A stretch of 64,000 nt of DNA. Origin: Phoronis australis. Lineage: Eukaryota; Animalia; Phoronida. The notes under the pieces are model-generated. The model saw only the letters and a program-made list of their open reading frames with translations. It did not search any database and was not told where the DNA came from. Location of the stretch: NCBI GenBank assembly GCA_002633005.1, contig NMRA01000409.1, positions 345,938 to 409,937 on the forward strand, in the 5' to 3' direction. Each line of letters begins with the position of its first letter. The stretch's first letter is position 1. Below, piece after piece: positions 1-13,600 of the stretch. Both the position numbers and the translations under genes were made by a program.

Positions 1-1434
1 AAAGATTCTGGAAATCGAAATATAATTTTCTTATCAGGTCTATGCAAGGCCGGTCATGTCCAACCAGTCTGCATTGTGTTTGCATCACACCCATAGCGAT
101 CCAGCTTTCATTGGATCAATTTAGTCGCTTAAAGCGACCCTTTTTTCGTCATCCAGTTTTCTTAGAACAATTTTGTCGTTTAAAGCTTCGCTTTCTTCAT
201 TAGCCTACAGTTGATGGCAAACATCTTCCCGTACTTTTGTATTCCCTACAGGTGATGTTACTGGTCTTCTACATTCCTGGTGGCACCGAGGGTATAATGA
301 CTGAGCTGATGTCGACTTCAGACAAGATGGCAGCGCTCTGTGTCTTGCCACTGCGAATTTTTACTTTTTTTCCGTTTACAGGTAACTGTGCAACTGTTGT
401 CAGGTTTGCCATAAAACAGTAGTCTGCATTTTTATCCAATGGACTCTTGCAATCAAGTTTTTAAGATAAATGGATATTTTTGTGCGAAGGTCAACGTCGT
501 ACGATCACATCTAAGGCAAATCGCACTACCAATGGTTGTTATATCGTGCCGCGACGTACGTTATAGATGGGAAGGCTTGATTATCCAATGTAACGTTTAG
601 ATTGCCGATGAAAAGAACCGACTTTTCGACGGGAAGGACAGGCTCAAAGGGCGAATGGGAAATGGGAGAAGCGGGGTGTAAAAGTAGTTCCTTGTTTTGT
701 TTTTTTAGTACGCCAATAAAGCTTTCACTAAATAACAACTCTTGAAGTGGACGTAGTTAGCCACACCAGAGCAACTGTGCGTCGAATCCTGGTCGAATTA
801 TACATTTTTGGCAACTGAATTCGGTTATGTATTTTTTCGTCCGACTTTAGCTCTGTAATGTCAAAGTAAATAAAATTTTACTGCTTGCCATGCGACACGA
901 CAAGTGACCTGAGAAGGGAAATTGAAAAATCGTCCGTCATTCCTATCGCAATATTGGCCTTCCTATTTCTCGTCTGTTTATCATGATTTTAAGTAAAACC
1001 TTCCCATCTGAAGGTCCTTTCTTCAATTTCTGCTCCAACCTCCCCATTTTGGACCGGTCGTTGCCATGGCTACTGCGCGCTTTGGCTCCCCGAATGATCA
1101 AACCTATACAATTGTGTCCAATTAATTAAGGTAGGTTTTATTTTGAATTAAAATATGGCTTTTCTATTTGAAAGCGTTCCTTTTTTCTTTGTTACCGCTG
1201 AGACTGCACTTGTACGCTGAACTGAACATTTCCCGACGCTACGAAATACATGTACATGTATTCATGATAACGGTCGCTCGCAAATGACAGCGAGAGAGAT
1301 CACGAATTTTTTATTTCATAGTGGGAAGACCGGGGCGAGTTCCTCGGAGTGAGTTTAACCACTCCCGCTCCATTCCTCGAATTTTAAGCAAGCCCACACA
1401 TTCTCCTGAATAATCTTGTCGAATGATATAGATA

Positions 1435-1712
1435 ACCAGCCTAAAAAGCGAGGGGCTTGAATTTTTGAGAATGTGGACTTTTCCTAAGATTCAAGGGGTA
1501 CAACCAGAGATATGAATTGTGCATTCGCCGAATTTTGTTAGTTTCTGCCTTTTTAGTAGACTTCTATCTGGTTTTCTTCTTTTTTGGAGTTTTTGTTTCT
1601 CAGAGGCGGACCTTTCCGCCCATCTTCGTCAAATGTGGGGAGCCTCATTTGAGCCCCCTGAGCCCTTTCCCCTGGTGGGTGCATACTTGAGTCCCCCCGG
1701 GTGCGTGCGTAC
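1435..1712. mobile_element. Degraded copy of the 5-bp-TSD MITE family
   Basis: Internal sequence matches 31630-31870 (tttttgagaatgtggac...gaattgtgc...gagcccc); ends eroded. Confidence 0.7.
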
Positions 1713-1933
1713 AGCATACTAAAATCAAAAAAGAGGAACAAAATGACATCATACCAATCAAGCAAACAAGAGACTAATTATTCGCTTGTTTGGTGTTATG
1801 TCATTTTGACGCTGTTGAGCTAGTCAATAAAACTGAAATGTCAAAAGTAAAAACAAATACAATAATTAGACCAGATTTACATATCTCAGTAACTTACTAA
1901 ACACTTCTAAATTTTTACCGGACTAGGGACCTG

Positions 1934-2334
1934 GGCCCGGTCTCTAATCTTTGTACTCGAAACGAACTCGAAACTATTTTTGGCAATTTCTCTGCCCCTT
2001 TTGTGCGAACTTAAGACAATTGGTTATCAGACTGTGCTCGAATACATTATAGTTTATGCACAGGAGTTTCTAGTTTAAGTTTGCCCTTGAAGACCCTTAT
2101 ATTCGTGCTACAAACTCGAGTAAAAACTCGAAATTTCGAGTTCAAACTCGAACTTATTGCTTTAATATTGGGTTTACAAACTGTGAACTAAGGGCAATAA
2201 ATTATCTACGTAAGTTATTGTGTACTCGAGCATAGAATAATAGACACTTATCTTGAGTTCGCCCAAAAGTAGAGCAGAAAATGCCAAACCTAATTTCGAG
2301 TTCCATTTCGATTAAAAAGATTGGAGACCGGGCC
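1934..2334. mobile_element. 401-bp MITE, PIF/Harbinger-like, CTG TSD
   Basis: ~40-bp TIRs starting GGCCCGGTCTC; CTG on both flanks; inverted copy at 11002-11402. Confidence 0.88.
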
Positions 2335-5300
2335 CTGGTCAATTCCAATTCTTCTGAACTCCTCGGGAGCATGCAGTGGGAGCAACCATTGTCGGACCAC
2401 ACCGGTCAATCCAAACACATAATTTTGCAAACTTTTCAAGTGCTAAATTGTCTCCATGGTTACCTGAATCGGAAAAAATCCAAGACCAGCAAAATTTTGG
2501 TGAATGTAATGGGACTGCTTTTCTATTAATATTTGTGGGTCCAAATCGCGTCATAAACGTGTGATAAAGGAGTTGTGTTTCAACGTCCATTTGCTTTCAT
2601 CAATTGCTCACGATACAGTCACGTTTAAGTGCCACTTGGGCGAGCCCGTGCTCAATGGATGAAAGAAGTTCACCTCGGGAAGAACTCGCCTCTTGCCATG
2701 TTTGCTTTTAGCTTTTCAATCTACATGTCGCAGATTCGCGCCAAATGTCAACACGAACAGACAATTTGATTGGCTGATGTATTACATGAAGTCACACAAT
2801 TATAAACCACGGAAAAGTGTGGATCCATGCCTTTAAAGCTTTACTTTACTTCATTTTAGTGTGCGTTCAGGCCTTCTTCTCAAGTTGGTTAATATCCAAG
2901 AAACTGACGGGTTATTTGGCCCCTGGGAGCTTCGTGCGGTCTTTAGTGGTCTTCGGGGCTTTATTCATTTGGCCACAGGTGGGGTAAGTATCGAATGCTC
3001 AGCTCAGTCAATGTTACAAGATCTTCTTTTACGAAACCTACATGCCAACTTGTGAGATAGGAAGTATAAGTTAAAAAAATTGTGTATTCTTGTCTTTAAC
3101 TTGCAAGATTGACGCCAATGGTACATTAGTAGGCGACAGAACGAGAATTGGTTGAAATCATCAAAACAAGATTTTTTATCCTTTTAACGACACGTGTCTA
3201 TAATTTGGGAAGGTAGCACAAACAGAAATTAAAGTGATTGTTTTATAATTCTGGTATGTTCCACAACAGCTATGGCGGGAGAAGAATCCGAATTTCTTTG
3301 AAAATCTTTGCGTGGCAAAAATTGCTAAGCAAAGCCAGCACATAAGGGAACAGCTGGTTGCAGTCTGGGGATCATCTCGCACACATGTTGAAGAACACAC
3401 GGCGAGTCACGGAAAGCTGAACAGATATACCGCTCTGACTGAGCAGCAAGATTGTGGAACAAGACCTCAAAATGATCCATGGGATCACAATTCATGACCA
3501 GAAATTACAATTAATATTTCAAAAGGTTATGCATTCACCATCTTACTACCAAGATTCAGTCTGAAGCTCGACTGAGGTGTCGCATGGCGCACTGACCTCA
3601 GACCAATTGACTCGTATAACTGTTTTCGACGTTCGTTTTTCGTGTGGTAACGGTATTACTCTTTGCATTCTAGCTCACCTCCTCAACTGACCCATATCTA
3701 GTTTTTTACTGATTCCTGGATTATTTCCCCTTTAATTACAGCGTAACCGGCGCGTCCATAGGCGTATGCGCCATGTTGAGTGGATCTGTTGTAGAGATGC
3801 TGTGCACATTGATCGGAAGTGCCATCGCCAACAGAAAGAAGGTGACTATAGCGAAATTTCCTGTTTACCTTTTTGGATGGAAGGAAACAGAAAGATTGTG
3901 GGAAATCGCGCTTTCTTCAAAACACGAATTTTCCAGTCACCATCTGTTGCGTTCCGTAAAACCACGACTTTAGCTTTGCAAATGCGACAAGATCACGTCT
4001 TCTTTTAGAGCGCGGACATGATGAATTTTATTCAAGAATTCAGGAATTCCATCCCGTAGCGTTCAAACCTCACCGACCAAGCACTTCAGTGGCCGCCATT
4101 TTGAAATAGGTTACGTTGTTACGTAATAAGATGTCGCACATTCCCACGAAATAGATACCTTTTACTCCCGTGATTTTGTGTGGTCTTGCGTGGTCTCAGT
4201 TTTCGAACAAGACTATAAACTTGGTTTACGGAAAGCACTCCAGCAGGCAGATAGGTGAAATTCTCACTTGTCATTCAAAGCATGCGTAAGAATAGAGCAA
4301 TGCCAATTGTAGAGGGTTTAAGCAAAGTTAGTTAAGTCTGTACGCGAGGACAAGAATTTCCGTTTTTAGTGCCAACTACTTCACCGCTAAAGATGATTTT
4401 ATAATATGATTAGAGTAACTTAACTATACCTCCCGAGAAATATGTGTAACGCCTGCCTGACTCCACGATAGATCTCCCCGCCGAGTCGTGTCTCGCATCC
4501 CTCACGGTAGAAGTGCGAGCACGTAGTTGTACACGTACATGTACATTTATAAAAAACCCAAGTATTCGTAATTTGAATGTAAAGATTCATACTTCAACAA
4601 ACATGCAGTCACAGTCAGCCTGAGTCAAGGGCGAGTTGTCATTAAGTTTTCATGAAGTTTAACTGAAAGAAGCTTAAACCTGACATGTATTATAATTTCC
4701 GAGGACGATTATTTTTTTTGGCCTTAGTACTGATGATGAACTGGGCCCAGCAACTTATCTCCGGATTCAGACTCTACCCAGACTCTAAACTTAGCCATTC
4801 ACGAAGCATGATTGGATTGCAACGTAAGGATACTGAGATCATACCATACATGTAGTAGGTCAGTTTTCGAATGGAATTTTGAGTACAGACTGAATTCATT
4901 CTCGGGATGTAGTGTTATTTGATGGCAGTTTCTATTTTTGAACTTTCCAATGATTACCTGTGCTTGAAATGTTCGCGCGTTTTTGTCTGTTTAGTGTTCC
5001 GTTTGAATAATCTCAACTACCTCCATGGTGGACATTGTCTGTGAGGTCGCTAGTATAATAATTATTCGTACAGCTGTTATTGTAAATATAACGTAGTATG
5101 GTTTGTCTTGCCAATGGGGGAGTCGTTACTGATATTCGCAATGGCATCTACGGGCTAAGCTGACGTAACGTGAATGACGGGAAAATTCCGAATATTTTTG
5201 GCGTGAGTGTGCACAAAGAATCGATATGTCACTAACGCCGTCTAGGGCATTACAACGTTAAAGTCGACGGAGACGTACAAGTCGAAGTTAGATACCTAGG

Positions 5301-6335
5301 TTATTTTTCAGGTGGCACCTGAGACGATAACTGAAGGTATGAATGACGATCAAAAGTCTCCAATCACGGTTCTTTCGTTGCCTTCATCGGTGGCGTCCCA
5401 CCAGGAAAGTGAGGAGAATATTGTGTACGCGGCCAATACGGAGCGGATGTCAAAACGAATGTCAAAAATCAGTGAAATCAGTGATTGCTGATTGCCCAAC
5501 AAATTTCGAAGGTGAGGATGTCATCCGACAACAGCAATTTCTATGGGCGATCAGCATCCGGGCACGTCGGGAAAATTCTGAAGTTGAAGCCATGTTGCGC
5601 AATCCCTTTTGCCAGAAATGCTTATGTTTAGTTGGGCTAGAAAGGCTGAGAGAATGATGTCTCTCTCAAAGCCAGAGGTCTGATATACATATTAAAAGCA
5701 TCTACATGACTAATCGACATCTCCACGTACCTCAGAATTAGCCCGATCCATTTTCCACTGCATTCCGCCTTTGCAAATTTAGTGAATCGTAGAGCTTAAC
5801 ACTAACTTGAACAGCAAAAAATGCCTATACATGCTATTGTGTTGGACTTTTAATGCGATTACTTTGCTGAGGCACATTACTCATAGCAGTGAAAAATTAT
5901 GCACAAGGTGTCCCAAAATGTATCCACTCTTTAAATGACAATAACTGCATTTGCTATTGAATTCAGAGGAAGAGGATTACAGGCTTAAATAGGCAATCGA
6001 AAGAAAAATATTTTTGGAACCAAAATAAATGAATTCTTTTATTAATTGAAGTGTTTGAGTCTTCAGTACAGCAGTGGGATTCGTTCTGCGAAACCGAGTC
6101 CTTTGATTCCCATTTCCGTGCATACAAAGCACGCGACAGCCCACACGCCTAATTTTACATTACGGCATATAGCCGCCGACCTATTGGCTGCTGTAGCGAT
6201 TTGGTAGGCATGGGCTCGGAGTCTGATCCTCTGGAACTCAGTTTGAACTCTTGACATTCCTACTGATCACGTGTGCGTACGGTCAAGGGCACTGACGGTG
6301 TATTTCGCAATCCGTCTCAAAATACAGGACAATGT

Positions 6336-6880
6336 TCAACAACCTCCCGGAGCCCGTAAATTGACACGTATCAGCCCAATACGATGAGTCATATGTTGCT
6401 TCAACCAGGCAATTGCTTTTGAAGACTCAGATGTCAGTATGGCAATGACGTCATCCCTTGTACCAGCACTTGCTGAGAGAGTGTTATCATCAGCATAATA
6501 CCACTGTGCCTCGATAAATAACACGCTGATATCGTTCACAAAAATATTGAACAGAACTGGACCCATGATGGACCCCTGTGGCACTCCCTTGACTATATCT
6601 TGCCAATCACTAGACATTCCACCGATCCTAACACACTGTTTCCTTCTTGACAGATAGGACCATGAAAAGGCCCATGCCTTTTCACGCACACCATACGCTC
6701 TTAATTTTGCGATCATGAGTTGGCGGGTGCGGGAGGCAGTCGAACGCTTTGCTCAGATCCATGAGCACTGCTCCAGCACATTGATTTTGTTCAGCAGCCA
6801 ACATCCAATCTTCAACCATACGTAGTAAAACTGATTGACAGCTATATCCGCTCCTATAGGCAGCAATCCGCGGATCCAAA
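6336..6880 (-). mobile_element. Truncated, frameshifted non-LTR retrotransposon RT fragment (CR1/L2 type)
   Basis: GAVLMDLSKAFDCLPH in one frame, then GVPQGSIMGPVLFNIFVND...YADDNT in another. Confidence 0.9.
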
Positions 6881-7427
6881 CCGGCTAGTGAATCAGAAGA
6901 TAGACGAATTTAGCCCTCGGTCCCGGTCAGCTTGGTAGTCTAATCCCCCTTTTAGAATACTGTGTTCAAAGGGAACCATATGCAGGAAGCTTCCATGAAA
7001 AGGGCATGATTTTGTTCCGCAAAATCCCTTTTTTTCGAAAGATTAAACCTGCATTTCGCCTTATCTCGGTGGTATATCCCTTCTTTTGTTTTATTGCACG
7101 TGCAGTTTATCTACATGCTCTATCCATCAATTTCCACGTTTCTTTTAGAATATGTAGAAATGACTAATTACAGAAAGGTATCGAATAATTGACAGATGAA
7201 AGCTTTTTCGATCGTTCCCAAAGTATCCATTTTGCTTATTGTGGTTTCCAAACCTCGCTTAGTTAATTGTTATATTTTGCTCGATATGGTGTCGCAGGTT
7301 CCCGGTGTAAATATACTGTATCCATTCATTACAGAACGTTTTCGTTTGATTTGGATTAGATTTGTGCCCAATATTGTGGGGGAACGTTATGTAGGCAATT
7401 AACTTATTTTTGATGATCCAGGTTAAA

Positions 7428-7775
7428 CAAACTCGAAGTTATTTTTGGCAATTTCTCTGCTCCTTTTTTGCGAACTCTAGATAAGTGGTTATCAGACTGT
7501 GCTCGAATACATTATATATGTAGTTTTGCATATGAATTTCTAGCCAAAATTTGTACTTGAAGACCCTGATATTGTGTTACAAACTAGACTAAAAACTCGA
7601 AATTTCGAGTTCAAACTTGAACATTTGTTGGGTTTATCAATTGCAAACTATGACTATCCACATAAGTTATTATGCACTCGAGCACAGCACTTGTCTGGAG
7701 TTCGCACAAAAATAGAGTAGAAAATGCCAAATATAATTGCGAGTTCCATTTCGAGTAAAAAATAAAGACCGGGCC
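7428..7775. mobile_element. Diverged, left-truncated third copy of the same MITE
   Basis: Aligns by eye to ~1965-2334 and ends GACCGGGCC-CAG. Confidence 0.8.
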
Positions 7776-9499
7776 CAGATCGCCGTGCATTGGAATTTTC
7801 ATCGGTCAATCTTTGATGAGAGTTTACAGTTTTTAGAGCAATGAAACAGCTGTTTCCTGAACAACGTCTTGAATGTGTTTTAGGTAGCTCGAATGAACAA
7901 GGCCAATCAAATCAGCCGTCGTACACGCGAATTTGCTCCACCAGCAGACTGTACGTGTACACAATGAACCATGATGCGTCAGGGCTCTACTTTCCCGTAT
8001 TCCATGGCCTAGTATTCCGTGGCCGTATTCACACATGGGGGATAAAATTATGATTTTCTTGATATAATAACCCACAAGTCTCGTCGCGTACCTTATATAA
8101 CAAATATTTATCCCATATATGTGCAAGCATTGGGTGTTTTATCCTACAGCATGGCCCTGAAATACGGGTCGTATTGTGAGGTTTGATATGGAAGAATTAC
8201 TTAATTTCCGTATTCAACGCGCGTTGGTAGAAACATGATTATACATGTATAGCATCAGTTTGGGTTCAGCTCCGTGCGCAATATTTTTACATGTCAATAT
8301 TATGATATGAGTTCTGAAAACTAAACAAAAACGTGATATAAAATTATCGTTGACAATGCTTCTTAATATCCCGTTAAATTTTGCACCTGAGTAGAACACT
8401 TAAATCACAAAGTCTCGAACTTGCCACATAATATTTGGGATTAGGAAAGCAATATACATTACAAATACATGCCTCCTTTATGTCACCTACAGTGTATTAC
8501 TCTACACTAGTTGAGGTTCTTTACGGTCAAATATGAGTCAATTTTTAAATTCGTTCTCAAAACAATCAAAATACGTCTGGCCCAAAAGCAAAACTGCAAC
8601 TTCTGTAAACACTGTATTTTTGTCAATTTTATGATAAATTTCGGATTACTTTCTACCTAAAAATGATAAGAACCGCGCTCCAGGAGCATTTTTAAGAAGC
8701 GTCTGAACGTGCATCACTTCAAAAGCTGTTTACTTGACGTTTTATTTTAAGCTCAAATGCACGCCGGTGCCGCTCAGAATTTCTGGAATCTCATTCGAAT
8801 TCATTGAACCAACCTTCAATGCCAAAATTATTTTTATTCGTTTTACTAGACACTAAAATAGTTGAAAGAATTTCCCATCACAATACACTAACCGGAAACT
8901 GAGCTTGCTATTTTTAGAGGGTGGCGCTTCCTCTATGGTTTTTCGCAAGAAAATGTCAGAGTTGCGAATCTATATGGTCTATGGTCATTGCCGGTCGTAG
9001 CGTAAAATCTGTTTTTGCGATACAGTCCTTACCTCAAGTTTAGCAAACCAGCACAGTTTCCACCGCTATTTTCCAATGCTACAATCAACTCGGGGAAATG
9101 TTTCTACAACTATTTACAGTCCAAAGCTAAGACACGAAAATACATGTAGACGAAGAAAACTAAGAAATTCATCAAAGCTAAAACGACAAACTGCTGCACA
9201 AGTGTTTAGGGAATGTTTCAACTTTTATAATCCGGGATGGATTGTTTCTAAGGTTCACACAAACTGTTAATATTTTTAATGGTTCAGTGCTTTAACTTGC
9301 ATAATTCACAAACTGAAAAATCTAATCAATTTATTAGTAAATAAATCTTTACTGGTTATTCAACACTTTCACAGATAGTCTTAGGTACCATACTATGCAT
9401 ACATGTACATACATGTATGACGTCATAAAACAACAAGCCGGAGCACAGCAGTACGGCAACAAGGTTTTATGGCGATGACGCAAATAAGTCCATATATAT

Positions 9500-9678
9500 G
9501 GGATAAATAGGTTATATCAAATACATCGGAATACTACTGCGATATCCTATCTCGAAGCCATTTCATCTGGGAATGTCCCAACTCGACGTTCGGTCTCGTT
9601 CTGACATCCCCAGGTGAAATGAACTCTCCATAGGATATGGCAGTAGTATTCCTGTGTATGTGGGATAACCTATTTATC
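9500..9678. mobile_element. Near-palindromic foldback element
   Basis: Nested inverted pairs GATAAATAGGTTAT/ATAACCTATTTATC, GGAATACTACTGC/GCAGTAGTATTCC and TTTCATCTGGG/CCCAGGTGAAA. Confidence 0.75.
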
Positions 9679-10193
9679 ATACGTCTTGATACGTCCGTGT
9701 AATAACCGTGCCATGTGTTCTTGAGGGAAACTACAAGGTTATTTGTACGGTTAGTGTAATTGCACAGGAGTTGTCAAAGAAAATGTGGATTAAAACTTTA
9801 ACGTGTTGCAAAAAATTTTCAAGCTACACTCGTTTTCAAATTGGTGAACGTTATCAAGCCTCCGTTGCTGTGTGTAGTATTTTCACTCGGCCTTCGGTTT
9901 CGTGAAAATATTTAGGCCTACTCGACACAGCACTGAACCAGTAAAAACACTTGTAGTTTGACATTTACAAAATTGCTGCAGTTCCTTTTTGAATAACCTT
10001 GATGAGAAACGAAAGACAGTTGTGATGTGAACCCAAAACGTGTTCTGCTCAAGTGTATGGTGGTCATCCTGCGCTAATCACCTTTCTTTAGTGATTAATT
10101 ATTTGATAATGTTGTAAAAGTGAGTTTTTATGCTCAACTGTTTTAAAGTTATGTTAAACTATAAAAATGACCCAATTTTATTAACGTCAGGAA

Positions 10194-10452
10194 CATGGGC
10201 GCTCCCAAGGGGGGGAGCTTGAGTGGGGCTCGAAGGAGTTTCCCTCATTTGGCGAAATGGTCAAACTGGTCCACCTCAGGAACAAAAAGTCCGAGAAAAC
10301 GAGACAATAGTCCAGGCACTGCAGGAATTCGGCGACTGCACAATTCATAGCTCTGAATGTACCCCGCTGTTTTATTTTTATAGCAAAAGGTCCACATTGT
10401 CAAAAATTCGAGCCCCCTCCCGGGCCTATATTTTAGGCTGGGTGCGCGCATG
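10194..10452. mobile_element. MITE with CATG-G/C-GCGC TIRs and a 5-bp TSD (AGGAA)
   Basis: aggaa|CATGGGCGC...GCGCGCATG|aggaa. Confidence 0.85.
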
Positions 10453-11001
10453 AGGAATGTCATATCTCAAAAATGGTCGACTTGTTGGATTTATATGGAA
10501 CCTTCCCATTCTGGGCTTCGTGCACATTTCTCCCAAGCGCTCTTAGGGGTCGGTTTACAACTTTTTAGGTTTACTCCAGGGGCTATCAAAACCAGGACTT
10601 TCATAATTCTTATGGAAAAGCTAACAAACACCGAACAAAAACAAATTTTGAAAAACTACAGCAGCGTTTTTGAAACTTATTCTTAGACATTTGCATCAAA
10701 TGAAGTGTCATGTTATTGCAACCTTTGTTTTCTTATTTTTTGTTAAATTTTAGTAAAAAGACGTGATCACGTTACCCAGTCAATGACAGATTAGCAACAA
10801 TTTGAAAAATCAGTCTACAGGCTTTTTAGTTTCAGAGAGTATGTAATTTACTTAGTTGCAGTTTACAGATTTGTATTTTTTGTGCTAAATGCATACTCAG
10901 ACATGTGTACATTATGTCCTGCTGAAAGTTACCTGAATACATTCGGCTGTCCTCACCTTTGATCGACCAATCAAGATCCAGATGTCAGATACTTTCACCA
11001 G

Positions 11002-11402
11002 GGCCCGGTCTCCAATCTTTTTACTCGAAATGGAACTCGAAATTAGGTTTGGCATTTTCTACTCTACTTTTGGGCGAAATCAAGATAAGTGTCTATTATT
11101 CTATGTTCGAGTACACAGTAACTTACGTAGATAATTTATTGCCTTTAGTTCACAGTTTGTAAACCCAATATTAAAGCAATAAGTTCGAGTTTGAACTCGA
11201 AATTTCGAGTTTTTACTAGAGTTTGTAGCACGAATATAAGGGTATTCAAGGGCAAACTTGAACTAGAAACTCCTATGCATAAACTATAATGTATTCGAGC
11301 ACAGTCTGATAACCAATTATCTTAAGTTCGCACAAAAGGAGCAGAGAAATTGCCAAAAATAGTTTCGAGCTCGTTTCGAGTACAAAGATTAGAGACCTTG
11401 CC
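11002..11402. mobile_element. Second 401-bp copy of the same MITE, inverted, CAG TSD
   Basis: Reverse complement of 1934-2334; CAG on both flanks. Confidence 0.88.
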
Positions 11403-11661
11403 CAGACTCTAAATTAGTAATGCTTATAAAATATGGGAACGAGACTAATCAAAACGAACACCAGGGTTGGCTTACGTAGTAAATGACATTAGTCAGCGAT
11501 TGGTATATGTATGCTTTAATTAGGCGAGTCCACTGTATCAAATGAAGAAGTTTTTATGCAAGTGGCAATGATGTGAGTGTACGCCACCACGCGATAGTTT
11601 AGACGCATGTGGTATTTAGTTTTCCAGCAAATGCTACTCGATCAATACGCTTAAACGAGAC

Positions 11662-11718
11662 ATGGATAGATTTTTTATCCTTGTGTTTTGCTTTGCTTTC
11701 TTGAAGACAGCGGATACA
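11662..11718 (+). CDS. Candidate signal-peptide first exon of the carbonic anhydrase (MDRFFILVFCFAFLKTADT)
   Basis: ATG, hydrophobic core, then a consensus gtgagt donor. It ends in phase 0 but the 18487 exon needs phase 1, so an extra micro-exon or an alternative donor is required. Confidence 0.4.
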
Positions 11719-11768
11719 GTGAGTACATTCTTTAATTTGTAGTTTGTGACAGAACGTTTCCCTTTTAA

Positions 11769-11860
11769 AAATCTCCGGTTTATGATTTCTCGAACGCTAG
11801 AAAATTTGCGTGAAATCTCCGGTTTATTATTTCGCGGACGCTAGAAAATTTGCGTGAAAT
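11769..11860. repeat. ~44-bp direct repeat x2
   Basis: aaatctccggttta...cgctagaaaatttgcgtg occurs twice. Confidence 0.85.
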
Positions 11861-12105
11861 AGATTCGAGCACAAAATACAACTTGATCATTTGTGTACAC
11901 AGTAGGTTGATGTGTGATCTTTAGTGCCAGACAGCTGTAGACCAAGGCTAGTCAAAGACAGTCAGCTAGCTGGATGATGACGTCAGAGATGCTTTGGTTT
12001 GTTTTCGTACGTAGAAAAGCAGTTCTGACTGTACACTGCATCAAAGAAGCTGCGGAGAATTCATGTTTGATATTACACACTCATGGACACATACGCAAAC
12101 AGCAT

Positions 12106-12310
12106 ACGGTTGTACATACGTTATAACTGAATGGTGTATATGTACCTCGTGTGGGTGATACTCAAGGCGTACGGTTGTACATACGTTATAACTGAATGGT
12201 GTACATGTACAGTGTACCTCGCGTGGGTGATACTCAAGGCGTACGGTTGTACATACGTTATAACTGAATGGTGTACATGTACAGTGTACCTCGCGTGGGT
12301 GACACTCAGG
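12106..12310. repeat. ~72-bp minisatellite, ~3 copies
   Basis: Repeated unit acggttgtacatacgttataactgaatggtgtacatgtacagtgtacctcgcgtgggtgatactcaaggcgt. Confidence 0.92.
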
Positions 12311-12749
12311 CGAGGACTCTTGGAGTCACTCCTCATGAAACCAACCCAACCAGTCGCCCACCCTCTCAGCCCCATCATGGTTTAGGAATTTGGAAAGTCA
12401 TATGGTGTCAAACAAGATGTAGTATTTATTGTGGTTTAGACTAAAAATACTGCATGTACACAATTCTCTGAATGCACTGTAACAGGGGACCAGCGAGACA
12501 ATCAGGAACGTACAAACATTCTCGTGAAAACGAGTAACACTAAAATTTTGTATCACAGTTTTCTGCATAAAGGTCCAGGGTGTATATTTGAAAGTGACAA
12601 ATGTACATGAAAGCTCGGCTGTATCAGCGATGTAGACGGTGTGCATAAAAAAGCTTCTGGGAATACACAATACTGTCGACGCGTAATTTTGCTCACAGGT
12701 TGGAGTTTATTGCTAAAGATTTACTTCAGTGACGATATTGATGTCCAAT

Positions 12750-13600
12750 TCATATGAAATTGGGGAAAGATTCAGTTTCCAACCACGCAATTTTCCCAAG
12801 TAAAGCCATTGGGCGTATCAGCGGAACATTTTCATTACGTACTCCAACATGGCGTGTCTCTAAAGATGGGTCTTTACACAGAAAACTCTGGTATCCAATT
12901 TGCACGTGCCACTCAGAGTTCGTGATAATAGGTCAGACATGCTGTTCTTGCAAATGACGATTTCTTGCCTTTCTCGAACTCGAAATTGAATGGCAGCGTT
13001 AAAATCTAAGTCTCGGACCAACCCGCTTCAACTTTTGCCAGATCTAATGACCGTGCTTGGGCTCAGTTACGTTTCAATGAGCTTTAGCTTAGCACAATGT
13101 CTTTTAAAGGAGGCCACAGTTACAGAGATTATCAGTAATAACTTAAGGCCAATCATTACGTCCAGCAAAGTCTAATTTTTTAAACGTTCCTCTTGAATTC
13201 TAGCGGCGCACAATTGCATTCTGCAACCCCTGTATTTTAAATGCCGGTTCGGATGCGCAGATTTCGTCATAGAAACCAGCAAACTTCATGGTCATATGCT
13301 TTTACACAATCTTGGATGGAGTTGACCAAACTAGTGGTTAGGATGGTTTCAAACAAATCGTCGATTTGTTGCATTGCTTGCAATTTGCAAATTTGTCCAA
13401 GCATTCTACCTTCACCCGATTATTTTGGTCCGTCAACGATAGACCCGCGTCTGATGACTGCTCTCCTGTCGTTTTCATTTCCATCCAAAGGTGCTTCTTC
13501 ACCATGCTATGCACGTAGACTTGCGTGACTGCTCGGGAATTTTGAACACTATTGTCACTTTCCTGTTGGAGTACATTTTAACGACTCGGTCTTTTACGAC
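12750..13600 (-). mobile_element. Highly degraded non-LTR (RTE-like) RT remnant
   Basis: Only broken RT-like pieces on - (TG...GC-like, LDFA-like, KARN-like); no intact ORF. Confidence 0.3.

Noticed and set aside
2860-2983. Exon-like segment (ttttag...gtaagt) with two open frames; similar segment at 251-381
   Set aside because: No recognisable protein and no supported partner exons
12121-12385. ORFs on both strands with a 24-aa repeat
   Set aside because: By-product of the 72-bp minisatellite; no recognisable protein
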